59,739 nucleotides of DNA from Bacteroidales bacterium (GTDB lineage: Bacteria; Bacteroidota; Bacteroidia; Bacteroidales; UBA3824). The translations under genes were made by a program, and so were the position numbers. Shown piece by piece: positions 26,760 to 36,077 of the stretch. The notes beneath the pieces were generated by a model. That model saw only the letters and a program-made list of their open reading frames with translations. It searched no databases and was not told the origin of the DNA. The stretch is taken from the NCBI GenBank assembly GCA_017394445.1, contig JAFPYT010000347.1:1-59739 (forward strand), given 5' to 3'. Numbering within the stretch: the stretch's first letter is position 1; each line of letters opens with the position of its first letter.

Positions 26760-29570
26760 TTACAAAAGTTCAAACAGCCTGCCCACCATTTCGGCTTCGG
26801 TGGCGTCTTTTTTCAGTCCGTACAATCCCAAAACAATGACATCCAATTCGCGGTGAGCCTCGGCAAGGTCGGTGAACAATAGGTCGAGGTTTTCTCCGTA
26901 AAGTGTGGCAAGCGACGCACCCTGCGAGAGATATTTTTCGCGGACGTCGAGGATTTTTTGGGCGGCGGTTGGGATGCGGGCTGCCAGCCCGCTATTGGCG
27001 GACGAGCCGTCCACATTCCATTCAGGCCACGGAAAATTGTTATAGACAATATCCTTGCTGTAACGGTAATCAGATTTCAACCGTCCCGCCACAACGCGCA
27101 TCCACGCATTATGAACTATCGAGGTGAGAATGCCAAATTCGTAGAGCGTGGCGTTGGGGATGATTTGGACGGCATTGGATGCGATTACGTCTTTGCTCAT
27201 ATATCCAATCGGAATATATTTGCGTTTCTCCGACGAATGACACGGAATCAACAAGAAATTAGAATCAGGCATATTTTCTATATGAAACCGAGTAGGTTTT
27301 TCTGCAAGTTTTCTTGTGCCCTCGCTTTTGCTTGCAAGCCGGAATTCTTTCACAGCCTTGATACGTTCCAAACATAACGGCATTTTTGCTAATTCCATTA
27401 AATCTGCATCGCCAAGCCAAAGGCAATAGCGTTTCCCATTATTGAGAAACTCTTCTGCGCCATAATAGGGGCGGAAATATTTTTTTGCATTTGGTTCAAG
27501 CGTTATGAAGTCGTGCATTTGTTCAGATGTAAACAAATAATGACCATTATCAATTGGCTTGCTTCCTATTCCAATTTCTGACACATTGCAAATAGGTTTG
27601 TTACGGCTTTCAACAAAAACATTTTTTCCATCAAGAAGATAGGCGTTTATATTTTTTGCTGTTTCGATTGTGCCGTCGGGGTTGTAGATGTGTTTGGTTG
27701 GTAGAGACGGTGTGCACACCGTCTCTACACCGGCAACCGAAAATCCGACAATCACACAATGCACGTGCGCCATTCCAACAGAATCGCTTTCCCAACGGAA
27801 TGTGCGGTAGGCAAAATTAATTACCAATCCGTCTTCAAAAAGCGGTTTCCAAAGATTTGCCACCTGTTCGCCTTGACAAATGGAATTGGTGGATACAAAG
27901 GCGCAACGGATTTTGGGATTATGTTTTATATAATCAAAAGCCTTTTTGTACCAACACGTTACATAATCCATATTACCAACATTTTTCCAATCCTTGCCAA
28001 AAATGCTGATGACATCCTCTTTTTGATTTGCGTTCATAATCCTTGCACCAACAAACGGCGGATTACCAACGATATAATCCAAATCTGACGGATTGACATA
28101 ATCTTCCCAATTGATGCGCAATGCGTTGACACAGTGGATTGTGGTGATGTCGTTGAGGGGCAATTCGGAAATGTTTTCGCCGAGGATTTGTTGCGTTTCG
28201 TGCAACATTTGGTTTTGAGCAATCCACAGGGCGGTCTTGGCGGTATCAACGGCAAATTCGTTGATTTCAAACCCGTGGAATTGCGATAATGATACCTTTA
28301 TTGACGACGATAATCCCGCAGTATGCAATTCGTATAGAATTTTGTTTTCTAATCGGCGGAGTTCCATAAAACAGTATGTCAAGAAATTGCCCGAACCGCA
28401 CGCCGGGTCGAGTATGCGGATTGAAGACAATTCGTCTTGAAGGCTCAGCAGAGCATCTCGTTTTGTGTTGAGGTCGGGAATTTTGGTTGCGTCGCTCAGT
28501 TGGGAGCGCAATCTGTCAAGAAACAACGGTGCAAGAGCCTTGTCGATATTGTCGGTGGTGGTGTAGTGCATACCGCCTTCGCGACGGTCTTTTGACGAAA
28601 GCGTACTCTCAAACATCGCCCCGAAAATTGCAGGGTTTATCGGGCTCCAATCAAATCCGAGCGAAAACCTTTGGGTGATATTGAAGGCAATGTTTTGTGA
28701 CAACTTCGGCAACTTGACATTGGCGGCAAAAAGTCCGCCGTTGGTATATGGAAATTCATTAAGCCTCACGTCCTCGCTGTCGCGTTCCGATGGTGGCGTG
28801 TTCAGTGTCTGAAACAACAATTTCAAATGCAGTCGGAACTCGTCGCTGTTTTGAATGAAGGCTTTGAGATAATTGCCAAACATATCCTTACGGCTAAACA
28901 CCAAAGCATCCTCGGCATAAAGGCAGAACACGAGTCTGACACAAAACACATTGATATTATGGAACAATTCGAGCGTCATCTCGTCCATGGAGTATTGGCG
29001 AAGGATGTCATTATAGAGTTCGCCGATTTGGAGCGCGGCGGCCTTGGAAACTGCGGTTTCGAGTGCCGTTACCGAAGATTCCTTGTCCAAAAGGAATTTA
29101 AGACGGTAATAGTTTTGTGAAACTCCGTTCTCGGTAAAAGGGATTATGTACGGCGGCTCCAACGGCTTGTTGCGGTCGTGGATTTCGATGGTGCGGAAGT
29201 TGGAGCATACGATGTAACGCGCCTTTTCGTTGAGCGGCAGCCAATTGTCGTAACGCTCAGCCTGTTGGAATGGCGTGAGCATATCGCCGCCCGACTGCGA
29301 CTCGGGCTTGTCGAGGTCGATGTGGCTACTTTTCTGTTCTATCAATACTTTGGTATGCGGAATATAAGCGTCGATAAATTTGGTGCTGCCCGAGGCGGGG
29401 TCTTTCACTTGTTTTTCGTAAATGATGGTATTAGGCAAGTCGATTTGCGGGTCAAAACAGCGCAGAATCGAGTTCCAAAACTGTTGACATTGCCCCTTTT
29501 CGTATCCTTCCTTGTTGTTCCAAAATTTGGTTTGAACAATTAATTTCTGACGTATATCCTTATCTTCCAT
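26760..29570 (-). CDS. MmeI-like type IIL/IIG restriction-modification enzyme (fused nuclease, N6-adenine methyltransferase and TRD)
   Basis: 936 aa. The N-terminus has a PD-ExK-like block (FIDAYIP...VLIEQKS). SAM motif I is LDPACGSGNFL and motif IV is VGNPPFVG (about nt 28047-28070). A long C-terminal specificity region follows. No separate R or S gene lies nearby. Confidence 0.75.
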   Translation of the reverse strand: MEDKDIRQKLIVQTKFWNNKEGYEKGQCQQFWNSILRCFDPQIDLPNTIIYEKQVKDPASGSTKFIDAYIPHTKVLIEQKSSHIDLDKPESQSGGDMLTPFQQAERYDNWLPLNEKARYIVCSNFRTIEIHDRNKPLEPPYIIPFTENGVSQNYYRLKFLLDKESSVTALETAVSKAAALQIGELYNDILRQYSMDEMTLELFHNINVFCVRLVFCLYAEDALVFSRKDMFGNYLKAFIQNSDEFRLHLKLLFQTLNTPPSERDSEDVRLNEFPYTNGGLFAANVKLPKLSQNIAFNITQRFSLGFDWSPINPAIFGAMFESTLSSKDRREGGMHYTTTDNIDKALAPLFLDRLRSQLSDATKIPDLNTKRDALLSLQDELSSIRILDPACGSGNFLTYCFMELRRLENKILYELHTAGLSSSIKVSLSQFHGFEINEFAVDTAKTALWIAQNQMLHETQQILGENISELPLNDITTIHCVNALRINWEDYVNPSDLDYIVGNPPFVGARIMNANQKEDVISIFGKDWKNVGNMDYVTCWYKKAFDYIKHNPKIRCAFVSTNSICQGEQVANLWKPLFEDGLVINFAYRTFRWESDSVGMAHVHCVIVGFSVAGVETVCTPSLPTKHIYNPDGTIETAKNINAYLLDGKNVFVESRNKPICNVSEIGIGSKPIDNGHYLFTSEQMHDFITLEPNAKKYFRPYYGAEEFLNNGKRYCLWLGDADLMELAKMPLCLERIKAVKEFRLASKSEGTRKLAEKPTRFHIENMPDSNFLLIPCHSSEKRKYIPIGYMSKDVIASNAVQIIPNATLYEFGILTSIVHNAWMRVVAGRLKSDYRYSKDIVYNNFPWPEWNVDGSSANSGLAARIPTAAQKILDVREKYLSQGASLATLYGENLDLLFTDLAEAHRELDVIVLGLYGLKKDATEAEMVGRLFELL

Positions 29571-29615
29571 AGTGATGTGTTATTCTCCTGATTGTTTTTA
29601 AATGAGATTTTAAAC

Positions 29616-30110
29616 TTATTTTTCAATCATATTTAGCAATTGTTCGTATAGTCTTTCGCTAATATGTCGTCCTGAATCTCTTAGAATTTCTATTGACTGT
29701 TTTATTTCTTCTTTTGTAATAATGGAATCTTGGTATGCTATGCCTAAAATACCAATAGTTCCCATAATTTTTATTCCCATACGGGTAGCCACTTCGCGAC
29801 CACGCACTTCGTCCATCAGAAGTAAATCTGCTTTTCCGTTGTCAGAAAGGAAAATGGCTTCGCTTTCTCCCAAATCAAGCCCGGCAGAACGGCGTAGGAG
29901 CGTAACATATCCTTCGTCAATTTTATTTACAACATATATAAAAGGTGTTTTTTTTATAATTTCCGCCTCAGCAAGGTATTTGGGATTGTCAGTAAGTTCT
30001 GCAAAAACACCTTTGGGAATCTGTACAGAACCGAATAGTTGTTGGAGTAAATCTAAACGATTAATTTTCAACAATGATATCAAAGGCGTTGTATCGGAAA
30101 TAACTATCAT
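29616..30110 (-). CDS. DUF3368-family PIN-like toxin
   Basis: 164 aa. The N-terminus MIVISDTTPLISLLKINRLDLL is typical of DUF3368/PIN-like proteins. Its start overlaps the upstream antitoxin stop by 4 nt. Confidence 0.7.
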   Translation of the reverse strand: MIVISDTTPLISLLKINRLDLLQQLFGSVQIPKGVFAELTDNPKYLAEAEIIKKTPFIYVVNKIDEGYVTLLRRSAGLDLGESEAIFLSDNGKADLLLMDEVRGREVATRMGIKIMGTIGILGIAYQDSIITKEEIKQSIEILRDSGRHISERLYEQLLNMIEK

Positions 30111-30397
30111 ACCCTTTCTTTTTTTAATGATCGGAATGTGCTTATATCATTCATCACTTCGCTCAGGTCGATATCAAAATAAGGAAACCCCATATTATCG
30201 TACAAATCAATTAAATCCATTTTTTTGATACCTAAAATTTCGGCTGCTCGTCCGTGCGAGATTATTTTGTTGTGGATATAGGGATACAATAGTAAGGCGT
30301 TGCGTTTGAGTTGGTTATCGTTTTCAAACGTATAATTGTCGGAAAGGTAGGTTTCCATAGCCTTAGGTACGGTTATTTGAATTGTAGCATATTCCAT
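30107..30397 (-). CDS. UPF0175-family antitoxin
   Basis: 96 aa. It sits upstream of and overlaps the DUF3368 gene, which is the classical UPF0175/DUF3368 pairing. An HTH-like segment is present (ISHGRAAEILGIKKMDLIDL). Confidence 0.6.
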   Translation of the reverse strand: MEYATIQITVPKAMETYLSDNYTFENDNQLKRNALLLYPYIHNKIISHGRAAEILGIKKMDLIDLYDNMGFPYFDIDLSEVMNDISTFRSLKKERV

Positions 30398-30420
30398 AAA
30401 GCCTCCTTGTTATTTATCTG

Positions 30421-30428
30421 CAAATATA
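30421..30428 (-). promoter_or_regulatory. -7 promoter box TATATTTG for the TA operon
   Basis: The reverse complement of CAAATATA matches TAnnTTTG. It lies 24 nt upstream of the ATG at 30397. Confidence 0.45.
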
Positions 30429-30464
30429 AACGAAATTTGTTAAAAATGCAAATTATTAGATAGC

Positions 30465-30493
30465 AAAAAAAGAGGCACGATTTATCGTGCCTC
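30465..30493 (-). terminator. Intrinsic terminator of the alpha-oxoamine synthase gene
   Basis: Perfect 9-bp stem GAGGCACGA 30472-30480 / TCGTGCCTC 30485-30493. On the minus strand it is followed by TTTTTTT (plus-strand A-run 30465-30471). Confidence 0.75.
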
Positions 30494-30518
30494 GTATATT
30501 CAAAAAAATCAGAGTCTG

Positions 30519-31844
30519 TTAGAATTCCACTTTGCCTGATTTGAGTTTTGTCCACGGGTCAACCTTGTCGGCTTTGTAGCGACCTGCGTCGAGTTTTGCC
30601 TTGCAAGCCTTGAATGCTGCAATGGTGCGGTCTACCTGTTCCAAAGTGTGTGCTGCGGTAGGAATTACACGGAACATTACTGTGCCTTTGGGAACAACAG
30701 GGTAAACAACTATCGAACAGAAAATGCCGTAGTTTTCGCGGAGGTCTAAAAGCATATTGGTAGCCTCGGCTGTTTGAGCCACGTCGGTAGCGTTGGGGTC
30801 GAGGTGCATATATACCGGAGTTACAGGCGATTGAGTCTTGCCTATATCGAAGCCCTCTTTTTTGAAACCGCTTTGGATTGCGTTAACAATTTTCCAAAGG
30901 TTTTCGCGGTATTTGGGGTTCTGCTCTATGAGGTCGAGACGTTTCAAGTGGCCAACAACCATAGGCATAGGCAATGATTTTGCGTAAATCTGCGAACGGA
31001 GGTTCATGCGGAGGAAGTCAACGATGTTTCTCGGACCAGAGATAAAACCGCCGATACCAGCCATAGCCTTAGCGAATGTGGCAAAATAGAGGTCTACTTT
31101 GTCTTGAACGCCAAAATGCTCGCCTGTGCCGCCGCCGTTGGGACCCATTGTGCCGAATCCGTGAGCGTCGTCGATAAGAAGGCGGAACTGATATTTTTCT
31201 TTCAAGTCGGTGATACCCTTCAAGTTGCCGAGGTCGCCTGCCATACCGAACACGCCTTCGGTGATAACGAGGATAGAACCGCCGGTTTCAGCCACTTTCT
31301 TGGTTGCAAGTTTAAGTTGCTTTTCGAGTTTTTCCATATCGTTGTGAGGGTATACGTAACTCATTTTTTCGCCGCCGCATTTTGCTTTGTGGAGGAAAAT
31401 ACCGTCCATAATGCAGGCGTGAGCCTCGTAGTCGTATACGATAACGTCGTTGCGGTCAACGATTGAGTCGATAATCGAAACCATAGCCTGATAGCCGAAG
31501 TTTACCACAAAGGCAGCCTCTTTTTTGGCGTGAGCGGCAAGACGGCGTTCCAACTCTTCGTGGAGCGTTGTCTGACCCGACATCATACGTGCGCCCATAG
31601 GAGCGGCAAGACCGTATTTTGCAGCACCCTCAGCGTCGGCTTTGCGTACTTCGGGGTCGTTGGCAAGACCAAGGTAGTTGTTGAGCGACCAGTTTAATAC
31701 GGGTTTTACGCCGAAAGGTGTTCTAAAATTCATTTCAGGACCTATTTCACCTTCCAATTTCGGGAACATAAAATAGCCGTCGCCGCCCTGCTGATATTTG
31801 CCAAGGTCGGTAACTTTCTTTAATACTTTTTCGAATAAATCCAT
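30519..31844 (-). CDS. PLP-dependent alpha-oxoamine synthase family acyltransferase (KBL/SPT/cysteate-acyltransferase-like)
   Basis: 441 aa with class-II aminotransferase-fold blocks (NYLGLANDP, LLIDDAHGFG). The PLP-lysine context is ATFAKAMAGIGG. Substrate cannot be assigned from the sequence alone. Confidence 0.75.
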   Translation of the reverse strand: MDLFEKVLKKVTDLGKYQQGGDGYFMFPKLEGEIGPEMNFRTPFGVKPVLNWSLNNYLGLANDPEVRKADAEGAAKYGLAAPMGARMMSGQTTLHEELERRLAAHAKKEAAFVVNFGYQAMVSIIDSIVDRNDVIVYDYEAHACIMDGIFLHKAKCGGEKMSYVYPHNDMEKLEKQLKLATKKVAETGGSILVITEGVFGMAGDLGNLKGITDLKEKYQFRLLIDDAHGFGTMGPNGGGTGEHFGVQDKVDLYFATFAKAMAGIGGFISGPRNIVDFLRMNLRSQIYAKSLPMPMVVGHLKRLDLIEQNPKYRENLWKIVNAIQSGFKKEGFDIGKTQSPVTPVYMHLDPNATDVAQTAEATNMLLDLRENYGIFCSIVVYPVVPKGTVMFRVIPTAAHTLEQVDRTIAAFKACKAKLDAGRYKADKVDPWTKLKSGKVEF

Positions 31845-31968
31845 TTTATAATGTGTTTAAATATTATTGCATTATTATACGCTGCAAATTTAGAAATTTT
31901 TTTTGGAATGATGTAATGATAGGGTGAAAAAATTATAGTTCACGGAATGTGGGGAAAAATGGTTGATT

Positions 31969-32358
31969 CTAAAACCCCGGCCAATTATCTACTATTTTTA
32001 CCTTAATGTCAGCCCAATTATCAACTATTTGCACTTTAAGGTCGGGCCAACTGTCTACTACTTGAAATTTGCCGCAACTGTCTGGCCAATTGTCTACGAT
32101 TTTCACTTTTATGTCTGGCCAATTGTCTACGATTTGGATTTTTATGTCGGGCCAATTGTCAACAAATTGTATCTTGCCGTATAGATGGAACGTTTTGCCG
32201 TCTTTGGTGATGGTACATTCTTCTTTGTTGATGGTAATGTTGTCGTAAATGGTTTCGATACGGGTAATATCGTTGTTGTAAGCCGTTTGCCAATTGGTTT
32301 GACCGAATGTAGCCATTTGAACAAATAACATTAATGCTATGAGTATTATTTTTGTCAT
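31969..32358 (-). CDS. Secreted repeat protein with six 11-residue (V/I)VDNWPD(I/L)K(V/I)(K/Q) repeats
   Basis: 129 aa with a signal peptide (MTKIILIALMLFVQMATFGQ). The C-terminal 70 aa are an almost pure tandem repeat. Confidence 0.6.
   Translation of the reverse strand: MTKIILIALMLFVQMATFGQTNWQTAYNNDITRIETIYDNITINKEECTITKDGKTFHLYGKIQFVDNWPDIKIQIVDNWPDIKVKIVDNWPDSCGKFQVVDSWPDLKVQIVDNWADIKVKIVDNWPGF
31979..32182 (-). repeat. 33-bp in-frame tandem repeat (6 units, one of them 39 bp)
   Basis: Plus-strand units start with GGCCAATTGTCTAC at 31979, 32012, 32045, 32084, 32117 and 32150. The three at 32084-32182 are the most similar to one another. Confidence 0.9.
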
Positions 32359-32378
32359 AATTATTTGATTTATAATGA

Positions 32379-33152
32379 TTAAAAACCTTGATTGCTTTCC
32401 CCTACGAGTTTGGTGGTGAGGTCTTCACCTGTGGATACTATTTGAACGGTGTAGTCTTCGCCACTTTGCACTAATTTTATTTCGCCACAGCGACTGCAAA
32501 CTTCGCCGGGATGAATTTTAATGTCGTAATGGTTGGCTGAAACTTTCACTTTTACATCGCCACCAGATGTTACAACTTTAACTTTGCCGTTTAGCGGAAA
32601 TATGTTTCCGTTTTTGATGAGGGCGCAATTTTCTTTGTCGATAACGCTCTTGTTGTCAACTATTTGGTCTTGAGTGTGGTGGAATGGGGGATTGTTATTG
32701 TTGTTGTCTAAAGGTTCGTTGCTAATGGCGTAATATATTGATGGTGAATCTTTTATCTTTACCGTTGAACCCGGAAGAAATATTTCGCCTGAACCATCAT
32801 TTTTTGTGTTCCAATATTTAAAAGTGTGTTTTAGAAAATTCTCTGCCTCGTTTTGGTCAATTTTTTTTGGCGAAAAAATAATTTGAGGATAAAATGTAAG
32901 AAGTCCGTCGTTGATTTCAATTTTTTCGGGAAGGGTTATTTCCTTGCCAATAGTATCGTAGGTGAGTTGAACGCCGTTGATGCAATATGTTTTTAAGTAA
33001 ATAATGCCTAAATCATAAGTCTCGTTTTCAGGAATTTCTTGCTCTGAATTGTGACGGTTATGATTGTCCTTTTGCGGTCGATAATCGGTATTATCATCTG
33101 AATAACAACTTGTTATCAGCAACAAAAACAATATGGCACCAAAAGGTTTCAT
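32379..33152 (-). CDS. Hypothetical lipoprotein with a C-terminal domain paralogous to the neighbouring repeat protein
   Basis: 257 aa with a lipobox (LLITSC). The C-terminal segment IKNGNIFPLNGKVKVVTSGGDVKVKVSANHYDIKI... parallels TKDGKTFHLYGKIQFVDNWPDIKIQIV... of ORF 31969..32358. Confidence 0.55.
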   Translation of the reverse strand: MKPFGAILFLLLITSCYSDDNTDYRPQKDNHNRHNSEQEIPENETYDLGIIYLKTYCINGVQLTYDTIGKEITLPEKIEINDGLLTFYPQIIFSPKKIDQNEAENFLKHTFKYWNTKNDGSGEIFLPGSTVKIKDSPSIYYAISNEPLDNNNNNPPFHHTQDQIVDNKSVIDKENCALIKNGNIFPLNGKVKVVTSGGDVKVKVSANHYDIKIHPGEVCSRCGEIKLVQSGEDYTVQIVSTGEDLTTKLVGESNQGF

Positions 33153-33243
33153 AGCGAAAAGTGTAATTGACGTTTATTTTTCCAAATGTACAATTATTTT
33201 TGTTAATCATTATCACTTTTTGGGTAAAAAAACAGCCGCAAGA

Positions 33244-33269
33244 AATTCGGTAGTTTAAACTACCGAATT
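33244..33269 (-). terminator. 26-nt perfect palindrome AATTCGGTAGTTTAAACTACCGAATT, the probable operon terminator
   Basis: It lies 27 nt downstream of the DUF1016 stop. On the minus strand it is followed by TTCTTGCGGCTGTTTTTTT. A near-identical copy occurs inside the CDS at 34107-34133. Confidence 0.5.
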
Positions 33270-33295
33270 ATCTATTATGTATATTATGCTTATTT

Positions 33296-34423
33296 TCAAT
33301 TGTTTATAATCTTTTCTAAGTCTTCGATAGGCGGAAGTAATTCTTTTAGTTTGTTGTCAATATCATTTGGTGTCGTGTAGGTAGCAACGCCCATTGGTTT
33401 TCGATAATCTTGCAAAACATATTCAACATATGCTTTATCTGCTTTTTTGCAAAGAATTATTCCTACAGATGGATTTTCTCCGGGTAGTTTTTCGTCATCG
33501 TCAAGAATGCGAAGGTATGCGGCAAGTTGTCCCAAATATGATGTTTTAAATTGTCCTTTTTTTAATTCTACTACTACAAGTGCTTTTAATTCGCGGTTAA
33601 AAAACAATAGATCGATCCAATGATCGTGACCTAATTTGTCGTAATGAACTTGATGTCCTTTGTAAGTAAAAGACTTGCCGAATGTTAGTATAAAGTTTTT
33701 GATGTTCATTACAATTTTGCTTTCTATTACCCTTTCGTCAATATCCATTGGATCTGCAATGTCAATGTCTTCTACGTTGATGTAATCCAACAAATATGAG
33801 TCTTTGAATGATTGTAAAGTACGAATGGCCAATGCTTTATCGGGAATTGTTTTGAAAAAGTTGTTTGGTAAAGATTCTCTATGTTCGTAAACATTAGCCT
33901 TTATCATTTGTTCTAATTCATCGGCTTTCAATCTATGTTGGTATGCCATTTTGACATAGTATTTCCGTTCTTCGTAGGTTTTGGCATACCGAAAAATGGC
34001 GACATGGTGAGTGAATGAAATGTTTAAAAAGTCGGTTATTGGAAAATCTTCATCGTTAGTAAGATGCAATTGTTTTATAGTATCTTCTTTATAATCAATT
34101 GATTGTAATTCGGTAGTTTGAACTACCGAAATTACTTCAATATCTTTCCACGTTTCATAAAATCGTCTCATTAATTTAATGTTTTCTTCTGAAAAACCTT
34201 TTAATCCGGGAAGTTCTGCTTTTAACATACGACTAATTTGTGTTATTGAGCCTGTTCCCCAATAACCTTCGCGAGAGTGTTCAGATACATATCGTCCTAT
34301 GCCATAATACAGTGACAATTGTTCTTGGTTTACCATTTGTATCGCCCGTGATTGACTTTTGAGAATGGCATATTTAATGGCTTGTACTGCTGATAATAGT
34401 TCTGTGGAAAGATTGGTGTTCAT
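33296..34423 (-). CDS. PD-(D/E)xK nuclease domain protein (DUF1016 / YhcG family)
   Basis: 375 aa. The helical N-terminus (AIKYAILKSQSRAIQMVNQEQLSLYYGIGRYV) and the C-terminal core WIDLLFFNRELKALVVVELKKGQFK (D...E-x-K) are typical of this family. Confidence 0.75.
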   Translation of the reverse strand: MNTNLSTELLSAVQAIKYAILKSQSRAIQMVNQEQLSLYYGIGRYVSEHSREGYWGTGSITQISRMLKAELPGLKGFSEENIKLMRRFYETWKDIEVISVVQTTELQSIDYKEDTIKQLHLTNDEDFPITDFLNISFTHHVAIFRYAKTYEERKYYVKMAYQHRLKADELEQMIKANVYEHRESLPNNFFKTIPDKALAIRTLQSFKDSYLLDYINVEDIDIADPMDIDERVIESKIVMNIKNFILTFGKSFTYKGHQVHYDKLGHDHWIDLLFFNRELKALVVVELKKGQFKTSYLGQLAAYLRILDDDEKLPGENPSVGIILCKKADKAYVEYVLQDYRKPMGVATYTTPNDIDNKLKELLPPIEDLEKIINN

Positions 34424-34452
34424 TACGGTCTAATTGATTTATTTTTAAGATA

Positions 34453-36075
34453 TTAATCAAAACTTCTGTTATTCTCTTTTTCTTGTGGTGTCATAACAAA
34501 TTTCTTGTCATCGTTTTCTTCTTGTGGCGGGTTCTCGTTGTTCTTTTCACCCGCAAATTTTGCACGGGATTCTGCCCATCCTCTCAAACTTTTTATTTTC
34601 TTATCCATAGTTTTCGACAGAGGGACAATGCCTTTAATCGCATCCAACAAATGCTTTATCATTAGTTTTGGTTCGTTGGGATTTTCGGTGTAAGCGGCAA
34701 ACATTGCTTCGTTGATACACTCTTCTATTTCGGCTCCATTGAACCCAAAGGTTTCAGAAGCCAATTTGTCGAGAGAATAATTGTCAGGGTTGTGTCCCTT
34801 TCGTTTCAGATGGATAGAAAAGATGCTTTTGCGTTCGTTTTTTGTTGGCAAATCGACAAAGAATATTTCGTCAAAACGTCCTTTACGCAATAGTTCGGGA
34901 GGTAGTTGCGCAATGTCGTTGGCGGTGGCGACAACAAAAACAGGTTTGGTTTTCTCTTGCATCCATGTAAGAATTGTGGAGAAAATCCTTGCCGAAGTGC
35001 CGCCGTCGGTGTCACCGCTACTTTGTATTCCCGACAATCCTTTTTCTATTTCGTCAATCCATAGTACACAAGGAGCAACTGCTTCGGCGGTCATAATAGC
35101 CCTCCTAATGTTTTCCTCGCTGCTACCAACCTTGCCTTCAAACACTTTTCCAATGTCGAAACGCAGCAATGGCATATTCCACAGTGAGGAAATGCACTTT
35201 GCTGTAAGGCTCTTGCCACAGCCAGGAATGCCTGTGAGCAATACGCCTTTGGGTTCGGGGAGATTCCAAAGTTGTGCCTTGAAGTCGTATGCTAGCCTTC
35301 TTTGTTCAAGCCATTTTTTCAAGTGTTCCATACCGCCAATGTTCTGCAAGTTTTCGTTTACTTGAAAGTAGTCTAGCAATCCGCTTTTTTTGATTATTTG
35401 TTCTTTTTCTCGTGACACAATATTTGGAGAATCGTTGCCCAACTTGTTTTTGGCAGCGGCAAGACAATACGCCAAATCCGCTTCCATAACTGTCATTCCC
35501 AATGCAGAATCAATCAATTTTTTCTTCAATTCATCATTCAATTCGGTGTTTGCGTTTTCGGCTATACGCATAAGTACTTTCTCCAAATCGCCACGACCAG
35601 GTAAAGGCATTTCTACAACAGTAATGTACTTTTCCAATTCGACAGGAAGTTTCATAACAGAAGATACTATTATTATGTGTTTCCTATAAAAACGTAGTTT
35701 TTCTGCCAATTGTCGAAGTAAAACTTTGATATTTGTATCTTCGATGTATTCATGGAAGTCTTCGATGATGAATAATTCTGCCTTAGCACTATCATCTTTG
35801 TTTTCAATACGTTTCCCAATAAATTTCAACAATTCTTCGGGATTTTCTTTTAAAGATATGCTTTCTATTTCGTTGGTTTTTAAATCTGTTTTATTAAGAC
35901 CGTCAACACAATTCCACTCATAATAAGTGTAATCCTTTTTTAAGTCTCTAGCAATACCTTTGATTTTGTCTTTGGTGCGATTGTATTCAAACGTGGTAAG
36001 ATACAATACCGGATAATATGCTTTGAGCATGTTCTGTATTTGTTCAAATACATTGTTTTCTTTGTGAAGTATCAT
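34453..36075 (-). CDS. Classic-clade AAA+ ATPase (Ycf46-like architecture: N-terminal non-ATPase domain plus one AAA module)
   Basis: 540 aa. Walker A is [14 protein letters not shown] and Walker B is VLWIDEIEK. Sensor-1 is VVATAN and the arginine-finger region is [14 protein letters not shown]. Confidence 0.85.
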   Translation of the reverse strand: MILHKENNVFEQIQNMLKAYYPVLYLTTFEYNRTKDKIKGIARDLKKDYTYYEWNCVDGLNKTDLKTNEIESISLKENPEELLKFIGKRIENKDDSAKAELFIIEDFHEYIEDTNIKVLLRQLAEKLRFYRKHIIIVSSVMKLPVELEKYITVVEMPLPGRGDLEKVLMRIAENANTELNDELKKKLIDSALGMTVMEADLAYCLAAAKNKLGNDSPNIVSREKEQIIKKSGLLDYFQVNENLQNIGGMEHLKKWLEQRRLAYDFKAQLWNLPEPKGVLLTGIPGCGKSLTAKCISSLWNMPLLRFDIGKVFEGKVGSSEENIRRAIMTAEAVAPCVLWIDEIEKGLSGIQSSGDTDGGTSARIFSTILTWMQEKTKPVFVVATANDIAQLPPELLRKGRFDEIFFVDLPTKNERKSIFSIHLKRKGHNPDNYSLDKLASETFGFNGAEIEECINEAMFAAYTENPNEPKLMIKHLLDAIKGIVPLSKTMDKKIKSLRGWAESRAKFAGEKNNENPPQEENDDKKFVMTPQEKENNRSFD

Positions 36076-36077
36076 AG

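Noticed and set aside
22843-30397. Mobile-element boundaries (integrase, tRNA target, long direct repeats) around the accessory blocks
   Set aside because: I found no integrase, recombinase, transposase or tRNA gene and no flanking direct repeats by eye. Island status therefore rests only on gene content and composition.
30373-30555. 60-aa minus-strand ORF
   Set aside because: It spans the terminator hairpin and the promoter region between the AOS gene and the TA operon, and it overlaps both neighbouring genes.
31963-32184. 73-aa plus-strand ORF with periodic sequence
   Set aside because: It is a mirror-strand translation of the 33-bp repeats. The minus-strand ORF has a signal peptide and a proper start.
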